A stretch of 64,000 bases of DNA from Chthoniobacteraceae bacterium. Lineage in GTDB: Bacteria; Verrucomicrobiota; Verrucomicrobiia; Chthoniobacterales; Chthoniobacteraceae. Below the pieces are notes generated by a model. It searched no databases, was not told the origin of the DNA, and saw only the letters and a program-made list of their open reading frames with translations. The stretch spans positions 106,709 through 170,708 of the forward strand of contig JBEBGD010000002.1 in assembly GCA_040081625.1 (NCBI GenBank), read 5' to 3'. The position numbers and the translations under genes are program-made. The number at the start of each line of letters is the position of its first letter. Within the stretch, counting starts at the first letter, position 1. Shown one piece after another: positions 49,533 to 58,577 of the stretch.

Positions 49533-49997
49533 CTACGCCGCCTTTGCGAACGTCGCGCAGTCCGCTGACAAGAACGGCTCAAGAGCCGCGATCACCGTGA
49601 GCTCCCACCGTTTGGGCGCGCCGTAAATCGCGTCCAGTGCGAACGCCTGCCCCGGAGTGAGCGAGCGCGTGCGGGTGGCGAAGCCGCCCTTCTTTTCGAC
49701 CTGCTCGCGCCACCGGTCGAGCGCCTCGCGGCGCTTATCTTCGGGCAGCTCGTCGATGGACTCGCAATCCGGAACTCCGCGCGGCGCCTCCCGCCATTCG
49801 AGGAGGAACTTCGCGCCGACTGACTTGATACTCAAGTCATGGACGCGGCGGCGGGGGATGCCCGCGAGCGGCGCGATCTTCCAGATTGCAGGCGAGTAGA
49901 TGTGCGCCCGCGGCAGGTCGGATAAGTCGATGCCGCTTTTGTCGATCGCCGGTAGGCGGATGGGTTTGCTGATGATGTTCTTTGCTTCGGTTTTCAT
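49533..49997 (-). CDS. Hypothetical protein (154 aa) downstream of the integrase
   Basis: MKTEAKNIISKP... after an A/C-rich leader; co-oriented with the integrase. Confidence 0.55.
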   Translation of the reverse strand: MKTEAKNIISKPIRLPAIDKSGIDLSDLPRAHIYSPAIWKIAPLAGIPRRRVHDLSIKSVGAKFLLEWREAPRGVPDCESIDELPEDKRREALDRWREQVEKKGGFATRTRSLTPGQAFALDAIYGAPKRWELTVIAALEPFLSADCATFAKAA

Positions 49998-50050
49998 GTG
50001 GTTTTCTGTGCTTTGGTTTTGTTGTTTCGTGGTGTCCTGGGGAAAGGGTT

Positions 50051-51091
50051 TCACGCGGGGAACTGCGGGCGATGCACCCGCTCAATGTCGGAATCGACGT
50101 GGACGAGGTGCGCGTAGTGGCGCTCCGTGGTGGCGAGCCGATCGCCGAGCCAAGCCGCCACCTTGTAGATGCTCACGCCCGCCGACACGCGCAGGCTGGC
50201 AAAGGTGCGCCGCATCGTGTGCGGCGTGATCCACGGCTCGCCTCGCTCCTCCATGAAGGCCGTGAACTCCGGGTTGATGTTCACCCGCGGCGAGTGCGCG
50301 CTCTTCTGCTCCCGCTCCGGATCGATGATGTAGGAGCTCGGCGGAATGGCGGCGAACTGCTCCCGCATGAACTCCACAAACCGCGCCGTCATCGGCACCA
50401 CCCGGTTGCGCCCGTTTTTCGGCGTGAACGTGTCGCCGGCCCGCACCGCGAGCGATCCCACGTCGAGATTGAACCAGTCGCGCCTCGCCTCGACGATCTC
50501 ATTGCGCCGCAAGCCGCCATCGAATCCGGCGAGAAGGATGAATTTGAATCGTGCGGAAGGCGCGGCGGAAATCAAGCGGTCCGCTTGTTCAGCGGTCGCA
50601 AATTCAATCCGCGCCGGTGTCTTGTCGGACGCGGGCCGACACGCATCCGCGGGATTCACGCGGAGCAGTCCCTTGCGCGTGAGCCATCGGCAGAATGCGC
50701 GCATGACCTTCAAGCCGAGATCGGCCGCGGCGGGCGTCACCTTCGCCCGGCGCGCCTCGTCCCATTGCGCGATGGCCGTCGGCGTGAGATCGCCGAGCGT
50801 CATCACGCCGCTGGACCGCTGGAAGTTTCGCAAAATCCCGCGCTGCGAGTTCGCGGTGATCGCCCGCATCTTCCCCAGGCGGCGCCGCTCGGCGAAGTAT
50901 TCATCGATCTCCCGCTCGAGTTGGCGCGCGAGCATTTGCCCCGGCGAGGATCGCAACGCGAGCGCGCGCAAGACGGCCTGTCCCTCGTCGGCTGTGCCAA
51001 GACTCTCCCGATAACGCTGGCCGGCGATCGTCCATGAGAACCAATAGACCGATCCGCGCTTGTAGAGACCGGCGAGCAATTTGTCGTTCAT
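50051..51091 (-). CDS. Tyrosine recombinase/phage integrase with N-terminal arm-binding domain
   Basis: GLYKRGSVYW...RYRESLGT; GLRRNE, PKNGRNRVVP, HTMRRTFAS, LGD...TTERHYAH. Confidence 0.95.
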   Translation of the reverse strand: MNDKLLAGLYKRGSVYWFSWTIAGQRYRESLGTADEGQAVLRALALRSSPGQMLARQLEREIDEYFAERRRLGKMRAITANSQRGILRNFQRSSGVMTLGDLTPTAIAQWDEARRAKVTPAAADLGLKVMRAFCRWLTRKGLLRVNPADACRPASDKTPARIEFATAEQADRLISAAPSARFKFILLAGFDGGLRRNEIVEARRDWFNLDVGSLAVRAGDTFTPKNGRNRVVPMTARFVEFMREQFAAIPPSSYIIDPEREQKSAHSPRVNINPEFTAFMEERGEPWITPHTMRRTFASLRVSAGVSIYKVAAWLGDRLATTERHYAHLVHVDSDIERVHRPQFPA

Positions 51092-51101
51092 GCTCCGGGG
51101 G

Positions 51102-51163
51102 CTGTGTCAAAAGACTGTGACAAAACCCCCGCAAATGCGCGCCCAAACGAACGCAAACGAACG
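51102..51163 (+). repeat. Putative integrase arm-type sites (CTGTGNCAAAA x2) and a 10-bp tandem repeat (CAAACGAACG x2)
   Basis: 51102-51112 and 51115-51125, third copy at 42858-42868; tandem at 51144-51163. Confidence 0.65.
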
Positions 51164-51195
51164 CATTTACAGAGAGAGCGGTTGGAGTCTTCTAA

Positions 51196-51223
51196 GGATT
51201 TGTTACTCACACGTATTATTTGA
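51196..51223. repeat. Putative right att site: GGATTTGTTAC-TCACAC-GTATTATTTGA
   Basis: Core TACTCACACGTA at 51204-51215, about 110 bp upstream of the integrase start. Confidence 0.8.
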
Positions 51224-51283
51224 CTCCGACGCGGGGATGCTTGTATCCCTGCGCGCTCTCCTCCACTCTCGCTCTCCCGCCTT

Positions 51284-53761
51284 ATGAATCTCCGCTCCCG
51301 TTTCACCGTCGCCGCCGTGTTTGCGTTCGCGCTTTGTCCCGCTTTCGCGCAGCCGAAGAAGAAGGCCGCATCGCCCGCGAAGGCTGAGCCGGCCAAGGCT
51401 GCGGCGGGGGTCGCGGGGTGGATCAGTTGGCGCGGGCCTTCGCAGGATGGGACTTCGACGGAGAAGGGGCTGCCGGGGACGGTGGATGCGAAGAAGCCGC
51501 TGTGGACGGCGGATTTTCCGGGGCAGAGCGCGCCGGTGATCTTCAAGGGGAAGCTTTATATCAATGGCTACCTCGGCGAGGGCGCGGACAAGCGCGAGGG
51601 GGTGACGTGCTTCGATGCGGAGACGGGCAAGCAGCTCTGGCAGCATCTGGAGAACGATTTCCTGAGCGACATCATCTATGATCGCTACTCGACCGGCGCG
51701 CCGACGATCGATGCGGAAACGGGCAATGTGTATGTGCAGGGTTCGCAGGGGATGCTCTCTTGCTTCACGGCGGACGGGAAGGTGGTCTGGCAGCATTCGC
51801 TGATGGAGGAGTATGGGCGGCTCACGTTCCCGAATGGGCGCACGGCGTCGCCGCAGATCGACAAGGATATCGTCATCACGCGGCACATCACGAGCGGGTG
51901 GGGCGCGGCGGGACCGGCGGGGGATCGGCTGTATGCGTTCGACAAAAAGACGGGCGAGCTGGTGTGGATGTCGTCGCCGGCGGACCGGCCGCAGGATGCG
52001 ACGTTTGCGCCGCTGTATTTTTCGTGGCTGGACGGGATGCGCGTGTTTTTCACGCCGTGCGGCGACTCATCGCTGGCGTGCGTGAATGCGCGCACGGGCG
52101 ACCCGGTTTTCCGCATGTCGGTGGCGAAGGCGGGGGCGAAGGGCGGCATCAATGCGGGAGTGCTGCGGTATAAGGATTCGCTGCTGGTGATCCACGAGTC
52201 GGAGAATATCGACACGAGCGAGGTGGGGCGGAGCGCGGCGTTCAAGATCCCGATGGGGTCGAAGCCGCCGGCGCCGGGGCAGCCGCAGGTTTATGCCGCG
52301 AAGGATCATGAGCTGTGGCGCAATCCGCTCGGCAGTCTCGGTTCGTCGCCGTGCCTCGTGGGAAACCGGCTGTTTGAGGTCACAGGCCTCGGCGAACTCG
52401 GGTGCATCGATGCGGACACGGGCAAAATCCTCTGGCGCGAGAAGCTCGGCGTGGAGCAGCGGCAGTCGTCGCCGTTTTATGCGGATGGAAAGCTCTACAT
52501 CTCCTTTTACACCGCGGCGCAGACGGGCACGGGCAGCGAGGCCGAGGGCGGCGGGAATGGGGAGTTGTTCATCATCAAGCCCGACGACAAGGGGATGAAG
52601 ATCCTGAGCCGGACGATCCTCGAAGGGCGCTGCTACGGCTCGCCGATCGGCTACAACGGCAAGCTCTACGTTCAGACCGACAAGAAGCTCTATGCCTTCG
52701 GCAAGGCGGGCGCGAACCCCGGCGCGAAGAGCGTGGTTTTCGCCGATGACTGGGCGAAGGCACCGAAGGCCGGCCCGGCGGCGAAGCTGCAGATCATCCC
52801 GAATGAATCGCTGCTGCATCCCGGCGACAAGGTGCCGCTGCGCGTGCGCGCGCTGGATGCGAACGGCTTCACGGTCGAGGAGAGCGTGGACCTCACGAAG
52901 GTGAAGGTTGAGAGCTACATCCCGCCGACGGCGCTGGTGAAGGTGACGATGACAGGCGGCGTGAAGGACGGTTTTCTGGTCGCCGAACCGGCGACGAAGC
53001 CGAGCGCGGGCGCGTTCATGGGGACGATGACGGTGGGCGGCAAGGAGATCAGCGGCACGATGCGCGGACGCGTGCAGCTCGGGTTGCCGATCAAGCTGGA
53101 TTTCGAAGCGACCGAGCTGAACGAGAAGACCGGGCCGGGCGTGGGCAATCAGCCGCCGGTGCTGCCGCCGACCGCGCAGCCGAATCCGACGAACTGGAAC
53201 GTGATCGAGCCGCCGACGGCGTTTGCGTATCCGCCGCTGCCGTGGACTGGCGCGCGGTTTCGCTTCGAGGTGCGCGACGCGCCGGGCGGCGGCAAGGCGC
53301 TGTGCAAATCGATCGATCATAAACTCTTTCAGCGTGGCCAGGCCTTCATCGGCCACCCGGACATGAAGAACTACACGATCGAGGCCGACGTGATGAGCGA
53401 AGGCAACAAGCGCAAGCTCTCGGACATCGGGCTCATCAACCAGCGCTACCTCGTGGTGCTGCGCGGCAACGGTCGGGAGATCGAGGTGAGCTCGAACCTC
53501 GAGCGCATCAAGGCGACCAAGCCGTTCTCGATCGCGCCGAATGAGTGGTATCGGCTGAAAGTGGAAGTCGATGTCGCGAAGGACGGCAGCGGCGTGGTGA
53601 AAGCGAAAGCGTGGAAGAAAGGCGAGGCAGAGCCCGCCGCGTGGCTGATCGAAGTCCCGCACAAGAATGCGCACCGAAACGGCTCGCCCGGATTTTTCTC
53701 CCTGACGCCGCAGGAACAGCGCGCGTGGATCGATAACCTCACGGTGACCGCACGGAACTAG
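51284..53761 (+). CDS. Exported PQQ-like (BamB-type) beta-propeller protein with C-terminal concanavalin-like domain
   Basis: Signal peptide, WISWRGP, repeated CFDAETGKQLW / CIDADTGKILW blades; C-terminal YTIEADV...WYRLKVEV...KAW. Confidence 0.85.
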   Translation: MNLRSRFTVAAVFAFALCPAFAQPKKKAASPAKAEPAKAAAGVAGWISWRGPSQDGTSTEKGLPGTVDAKKPLWTADFPGQSAPVIFKGKLYINGYLGEGADKREGVTCFDAETGKQLWQHLENDFLSDIIYDRYSTGAPTIDAETGNVYVQGSQGMLSCFTADGKVVWQHSLMEEYGRLTFPNGRTASPQIDKDIVITRHITSGWGAAGPAGDRLYAFDKKTGELVWMSSPADRPQDATFAPLYFSWLDGMRVFFTPCGDSSLACVNARTGDPVFRMSVAKAGAKGGINAGVLRYKDSLLVIHESENIDTSEVGRSAAFKIPMGSKPPAPGQPQVYAAKDHELWRNPLGSLGSSPCLVGNRLFEVTGLGELGCIDADTGKILWREKLGVEQRQSSPFYADGKLYISFYTAAQTGTGSEAEGGGNGELFIIKPDDKGMKILSRTILEGRCYGSPIGYNGKLYVQTDKKLYAFGKAGANPGAKSVVFADDWAKAPKAGPAAKLQIIPNESLLHPGDKVPLRVRALDANGFTVEESVDLTKVKVESYIPPTALVKVTMTGGVKDGFLVAEPATKPSAGAFMGTMTVGGKEISGTMRGRVQLGLPIKLDFEATELNEKTGPGVGNQPPVLPPTAQPNPTNWNVIEPPTAFAYPPLPWTGARFRFEVRDAPGGGKALCKSIDHKLFQRGQAFIGHPDMKNYTIEADVMSEGNKRKLSDIGLINQRYLVVLRGNGREIEVSSNLERIKATKPFSIAPNEWYRLKVEVDVAKDGSGVVKAKAWKKGEAEPAAWLIEVPHKNAHRNGSPGFFSLTPQEQRAWIDNLTVTARN

Positions 53762-53791
53762 GGCGCGAGCGAAGCGAAACAGAACAAGAAC

Positions 53792-55369
53792 ATGATTATG
53801 AAAACGAACCTCCTCACCACAGCCGCACTCCTGCTGGGCGCGGCTTGCCTCCACGCCAACGACTGGCCCGCCTGGGGCGGCACCGATCCGGGACGCAACA
53901 TGTATTCCCCGGCGAAGGGCTTCCCGTCGAAGTTCAACACGGGCAAGTTCAAGCCGAACTCCGAGGACATCGACATGACCACCACGGAGAACGTGAAGTG
54001 GGTCGTGAAACTCGGCTCGCAGACTTACGGCAATACCGTCGTCGCCAGCGGCAAGGTGCTCGTCGGCACGAACAACGCGACGCCGCGCGATGAGCGCTTC
54101 AAGGACGACAAGTCCGTGCTGCTCGCCTTCGACGAATACAGCGGCGCCTTCCTCTGGCAGCTCACCGTGCCGAAGCTCGCGAGCGGCAAGGTCAACGATT
54201 GGGAATACCTCGGTCTGCTCGCGTCGCCGTTTGTCGAGGGCGACAAGGTCTATGTCGTCACCAGCCGCTGCGAGGTGCTCTGCCTCGACTTGAACGGGCA
54301 ATCCAACGGCAATCAGGGGCCCTTCATGGACGAAGGCCAATACATGCCGGGGCCGGGCAAGCCGAAGGTCGAGGTCACGCCGAAGGACGCGGACATCCTG
54401 TGGAAATACGACATGATGGATGAGCTCGGCGTCTTCCCGCACAACGCGGCGAACTGCTCGGTCGTCGTGCTCGACGACAAGGTCTTCGTCTGCACCAGCA
54501 ATGGCCAGGACTGGACGCACGTGAACATCCCGTCGCCCAACTCGCCGAGCTTCATCATGCTCGACAAGAAAGACGGCTCGCTGCTCGGCGAGGACGACGC
54601 GAAGATCGGCACGAACATCAAGCACGGGCAGTGGACGTCGCCCTCGCTCGGCACGGTGAACGGCAAGGCGCAGGTCTATTTCGGCGGCGGCGACGGCGTG
54701 CTCTATGCCTTCGACACCACGCCCACGAAGGATGGCGACACCGACTGGATGAAGAAGGTGTGGTGGTTCGACTGTGTGCCCGACGAATACAAAACCGACA
54801 AGGCCGGCAAGCCGATCAAGTATCCCGCCGCGGAAGGCCCGAGCGAAATCAACTCGACGCCCGTCTTCTACAAGAACCGCGTCTATGTCGCGATCGGCCA
54901 GGACCCCGAACATGGCGAAGGCGTGGGACGCATGCTGTGCATCGACGCGACCAAGACCGGCGACGTGACGAAGTCCGCGCTGATCTGGGACTTCAAGGAA
55001 ATCCATCGCTCGATCTCGACGGTGTCGATCGACCCGACCAACGGTCTGCTCTTCGTCGCCGACTTCAGCGGGTTCGTCTTCTGTCTCGACGCGGAGACGG
55101 GCAAGAAGTTGTGGGAACACGACATGCAGGCGCACATGTGGGGCTCGACCTTCGTGGTCGATGGGAAGGTGTATGTCGGTGACGAGGACGGCGACGCCGT
55201 GGTGCTCGCGAGCGCGAAGGAAAAGAAAGTCCTGAGCGAAGTGAACGTCGGCGCGCCGATCTACTCGACCGTCATCGTCGCGAACGGCACGCTCTACCTC
55301 GCCAGCCAGACGCACCTTTTCGCCATCGCCGAGGGCGCGAAGCCCGTCGCCGCAGGCGCGAAAAAGTAA
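53792..55369 (+). CDS. Exported PQQ-like beta-propeller protein
   Basis: Signal peptide, DWPAWGG...RNM, LGSQTYG, CLDAETGKKLW, VGDEDG. Confidence 0.88.
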   Translation: MIMKTNLLTTAALLLGAACLHANDWPAWGGTDPGRNMYSPAKGFPSKFNTGKFKPNSEDIDMTTTENVKWVVKLGSQTYGNTVVASGKVLVGTNNATPRDERFKDDKSVLLAFDEYSGAFLWQLTVPKLASGKVNDWEYLGLLASPFVEGDKVYVVTSRCEVLCLDLNGQSNGNQGPFMDEGQYMPGPGKPKVEVTPKDADILWKYDMMDELGVFPHNAANCSVVVLDDKVFVCTSNGQDWTHVNIPSPNSPSFIMLDKKDGSLLGEDDAKIGTNIKHGQWTSPSLGTVNGKAQVYFGGGDGVLYAFDTTPTKDGDTDWMKKVWWFDCVPDEYKTDKAGKPIKYPAAEGPSEINSTPVFYKNRVYVAIGQDPEHGEGVGRMLCIDATKTGDVTKSALIWDFKEIHRSISTVSIDPTNGLLFVADFSGFVFCLDAETGKKLWEHDMQAHMWGSTFVVDGKVYVGDEDGDAVVLASAKEKKVLSEVNVGAPIYSTVIVANGTLYLASQTHLFAIAEGAKPVAAGAKK

Positions 55370-55381
55370 GGGCTGCGATCT

Positions 55382-55897
55382 GTGGCCGCCGAGTATCTCG
55401 TCATCTCGACCTCGCTGCGTCCCGGCAGCTTCAGCCGCCAGCTCGGCGTGGAGCTCGCGCGGGAATTCGGCGCGAGCGCGGAACATGTCGAGTTGAGCGA
55501 CTTCCCACTGCCGCTCTGCGACGGCGAGACGGCTTACTCCGACCCGAACGTCGAGAAACTCAGCGCGAAGATCAGCGCCGCGCGCGTGATCCTGCTCGCG
55601 ACGCCGATCTACAACTTCGACGCGAATGCCGTCGCGAAAAACCTCATCGAGCTGACCGGCAGCGCGTGGGAAAACAAGATCGTCGGCTTCGCCTGCGCCG
55701 CCGGCGGCACGCTCAGCTACATGTCGATCATGGCGCTCGCAAACAGCCTCATGCTCGACTTCCGCTGCGTCATCATCCCACGCTTCGTCTATGCGACGGG
55801 CGACGACTTCGAGGGCGACCGCGTCCCGAAACCAGAGATCGCCAAGCGCATCACTCAACTCGCTGCCGCCGCCCGCAGCCTCCGCAACACTCCATGA
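55382..55897 (+). CDS. NADPH-dependent FMN reductase
   Basis: STSLRPGSFS, LPLCDG, LATPIYN, KNLIE, W.NK.VG. Confidence 0.88.
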   Translation: MAAEYLVISTSLRPGSFSRQLGVELAREFGASAEHVELSDFPLPLCDGETAYSDPNVEKLSAKISAARVILLATPIYNFDANAVAKNLIELTGSAWENKIVGFACAAGGTLSYMSIMALANSLMLDFRCVIIPRFVYATGDDFEGDRVPKPEIAKRITQLAAAARSLRNTP

Positions 55898-57387
55898 CCA
55901 GCTCTCTTCCCACGCTCACGCGCACGCACGTGTTGATCATCGTCATCGCGTCGATCGGGTTTCTCTTCGACACCTACGAACTGCTGATGACTCCGCTGGT
56001 TGCCGCACCGGCGATCGCGGAACTGCTGAAAGTGCCCCAGAACAATCCGCTCGTGACCGAATGGGTCGGGCGGCTGCTCTGGATCGCCGCGCTGTGCGGC
56101 GGCGTCTTCGGGCTGATCGGCGGCTGGCTCATCGACAAGCTCGGGCGCAAGCGGGTCATGGCGCTGAGCATCTTCGTCTATTCGCTTTCACCGTTCTGCG
56201 CCGCGTATGCGCAGACGCTGCCGGTGTTCATCTTCTTCCGCTGCACGACCTTCATCGGCGTGTGCGTCGAGTTCATCGCGGCGATCACGTGGCTCGCGGA
56301 GGTCTTCGAGGATAAGAAACTGCGCGAGAAATGGCTCGGCATTACGCAAGCCTTCGCGTCGCTCGGCGGTGTGCTCGTCACGCTGGTGAGCATCTGGATT
56401 TCCTCCCACGGCAAGGATCTGCCGCACATGGGGCTGCCGCTCGGCCTCGGCGCGACCGATCCCGGCTCGTGGCGCTATCTGCTGATGACCGGCCTGTTGC
56501 CAGCGATCCCGATCGCGATCTTGCTGCCCTTCGTGCCCGAGTCGCACGTGTGGAAGGCGAAGCGCGCCGCCGGCACGCTCAAGCGTCCGAGCTTCGGAGC
56601 GCTGTTCTCGCCGGAGCTGCGCCGCGTCACGATCGTCACCGCGGTGCTCTCCGCGTGCGCCTACGGCATCGCGTTCGGCGCGCTGCAAGTCACCGTGGCC
56701 CGCGTCGCGCCCGGCTTGCCGGAACTCAAGCCGACTGCCGCCGCGCTCGCGCCGCTGCGCAAAGAGGGCGAGGCGCTGAACGCGAAGTTCAACGCGATGT
56801 CGCCCGACGATCCTGCGCGCAAGGCGCTGCTCGGGGAAATCAAAGCGAACTTCGGCAAGCAAAAGCCCCACATCGACGAGGTGAAGAAGATGGCCGACAA
56901 GGTCCAGTTCCGTCAGGAAATGGGCGGACTCACCGGGCGAATTCTGCTCGCCGTGCTGCTCATCGTCGGCATGAGCCGCGTGAAGTTGCTGAAGGTCTTC
57001 CAGGTTCCCGCACTGATCGTCCTGCCACTCACCTACTTCGTTTTCTTCGAAGGCGGCGGCGAGATTTTCCTGTGGAGCTACTTCGTCTGCGGGCTGATCA
57101 CCGTCGCGCAGTTCAGCTACTTTGGGGAATACCTGCCGAAAGTTTTCCCGCTGCACCTGCGCGGCACCGGCGGCAGCTTCGCTACGAACATCGGCGGCCG
57201 CATGGTCGGCACGAGCATGGCCACGCTGAACACCAGTTGGCTCGCGCCACTGCTCGCCGGTGGCGTGGCCCTCGTGAAACCGATGCACGTCGCGCTCGCC
57301 GCCGGCTACATCGCGACCGCGATGGCTGTCATCGCCTTTGCCGTCGGCTTCCTGCTCCCGGAGCCAAAGAGCGAAACGACCGAATGA
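55894..57387 (+). CDS. MFS transporter
   Basis: GFLFDTYE, GWLIDKLGRKRV (motif A), VPES, LPKVFPLHLRGTG; soluble insertion in the C-terminal half. Confidence 0.92.
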   Translation: MTSSLPTLTRTHVLIIVIASIGFLFDTYELLMTPLVAAPAIAELLKVPQNNPLVTEWVGRLLWIAALCGGVFGLIGGWLIDKLGRKRVMALSIFVYSLSPFCAAYAQTLPVFIFFRCTTFIGVCVEFIAAITWLAEVFEDKKLREKWLGITQAFASLGGVLVTLVSIWISSHGKDLPHMGLPLGLGATDPGSWRYLLMTGLLPAIPIAILLPFVPESHVWKAKRAAGTLKRPSFGALFSPELRRVTIVTAVLSACAYGIAFGALQVTVARVAPGLPELKPTAAALAPLRKEGEALNAKFNAMSPDDPARKALLGEIKANFGKQKPHIDEVKKMADKVQFRQEMGGLTGRILLAVLLIVGMSRVKLLKVFQVPALIVLPLTYFVFFEGGGEIFLWSYFVCGLITVAQFSYFGEYLPKVFPLHLRGTGGSFATNIGGRMVGTSMATLNTSWLAPLLAGGVALVKPMHVALAAGYIATAMAVIAFAVGFLLPEPKSETTE

Positions 57388-57392
57388 TTCCC

Positions 57393-57462
57393 ACCACAAA
57401 GGCACAGAGAGCACAGAGGCCGAAAAGTGATGTTTTCTCCGTGCCCTCTGTGTCTCTGTGGT
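57393..57462. repeat. Imperfect 26-bp inverted repeat with 9-bp periodicity (CACAGAG-type)
   Basis: ACCACAAAGGCACAGAGAGCACAGAG versus the reverse complement of 57437-57462, ACCACAGAGACACAGAGGGCACGGAG. Confidence 0.75.
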
Positions 57463-57484
57463 TAATCCCAAACTCCCGCACTCC

Positions 57485-58552
57485 ATGACCCAGCTCACAC
57501 CCGACCAAGCCCAGGCCCAACTCGAAACGCACCTCCAGGAGATCATCACGTGGCATTTCTCGCCGGAAACCGGCTGCCCGTTCTGGCTCGACTGGGCTGG
57601 GAAAAACTTCGATCCGCGCAAGGAGATCAAGAGCTTCGCCGACATGGTGAAGTTCCCGCACTTCGAGGATGAATGGCTGCGCGACCTGCAGCCCGAGGTG
57701 TGGGTGCCCGCGCAGTTCAAAGGCAAACCCTTCAACATCTTCGAGACCGGCGGCACCACCGGCATGCCCAAGCAGCGCATCGGCTGGGAGGACTACAAGA
57801 CCGACTACTCCGAGTTCAGCGAGAAGATCAGCGACGAACATTTCCCGCGCGGCGGCGCGTGGTTGATGATGGGCCCGACCGGCCCGCGCCGGCTGCGGCT
57901 CGCGATCGAGCACCTCGCGCACGTCCGCGGCTCGTCGTGCTACTTCATCGACCTCGACCCGCGCTTCGTGAAGAAGCTCATCTCGAACAAACAGTTCGAG
58001 GTCGCGAAGCAATACATGGCGCACGTCGTCGATCAGGCCGCGATCATCCTCAAGCACCGCAAAGTCAGCGGCCTCTTCACCACGCCGAAGCTGCTCGAGG
58101 CGCTCGCGGAGAAAGTGGACATCTTCGAGGCCGGCATCCGCGGCTGCTTCTGCGGCGGCACCACGATGCTCCCGCAATACGTGCGATTCATCGTCGAGGA
58201 AGTGCTCGAGAACCGCGTCGGCTTTTACCCGACCTACGGCAACACGCTCATGGGCCTCGCCGCCAGCGTGCCGCTCACGCCGGAGGACAATTTCTCGATC
58301 ACCTACTACGCCCCGCAGCCGCGCGCCGCGCTGCGCGTCGTCGATCCGAAGGACACGGCGAAGACGGTCGATTACGACACGTGGGGCCGCGTCGAACTGA
58401 CGACGATGACGAAGGAATTCTTCATGCCGCGCTTCCTCGAGCGCGACGAGGCGCTGCGTCGCAAACCGCGCGCGCCCTACGCGTGGGACGGCGTCGCCGA
58501 GGTGCGGCCCTTCGGCGCGATGGAGAAGACGATCGTCGAGGGCGTTTACTGA
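57485..58552 (+). CDS. Adenylate-forming enzyme, EhpF/LuxE/PaaK-like (short ANL family)
   Basis: WHFSPETGCPFW, FETGGTTGMPK P-loop, YGNTL, GRV, ERD. Confidence 0.75.
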   Translation: MTQLTPDQAQAQLETHLQEIITWHFSPETGCPFWLDWAGKNFDPRKEIKSFADMVKFPHFEDEWLRDLQPEVWVPAQFKGKPFNIFETGGTTGMPKQRIGWEDYKTDYSEFSEKISDEHFPRGGAWLMMGPTGPRRLRLAIEHLAHVRGSSCYFIDLDPRFVKKLISNKQFEVAKQYMAHVVDQAAIILKHRKVSGLFTTPKLLEALAEKVDIFEAGIRGCFCGGTTMLPQYVRFIVEEVLENRVGFYPTYGNTLMGLAASVPLTPEDNFSITYYAPQPRAALRVVDPKDTAKTVDYDTWGRVELTTMTKEFFMPRFLERDEALRRKPRAPYAWDGVAEVRPFGAMEKTIVEGVY

Positions 58553-58577
58553 TCGTTCGAACGGCTTAAGTTCGCGC

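Larger units (their letters stand above)
42829..51215. mobile_element. About 8.4-kb integrated element, putative phage satellite (PICI/PLE-like)
   Basis: 12-bp terminal direct repeat TACTCACACGTA; tyrosine integrase at one end; HTH genes, SF3-like helicase, iteron-like repeats, tape-measure-like gene; no recognisable capsid or terminase. Confidence 0.85.

Noticed and set aside
42829..51215. Complete prophage, or a conjugative/mobilisable element
   Set aside because: No recognisable capsid, portal, large terminase, tail tube, lysis, relaxase or T4SS genes within the att boundaries
51130..51283. tRNA or tmRNA as the integration target next to the integrase
   Set aside because: No T-arm GTTCGA/CCA pattern or cloverleaf visible at either end of the element
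52067..55858. 1263-aa minus-strand ORF and similar long antisense or alternate-frame ORFs (62..2242, 29364..31787, 39739..42216, 58566..61013)
   Set aside because: They shadow well-supported genes, are Arg/Ala/Gly-rich with no motifs, and are expected in high-GC DNA
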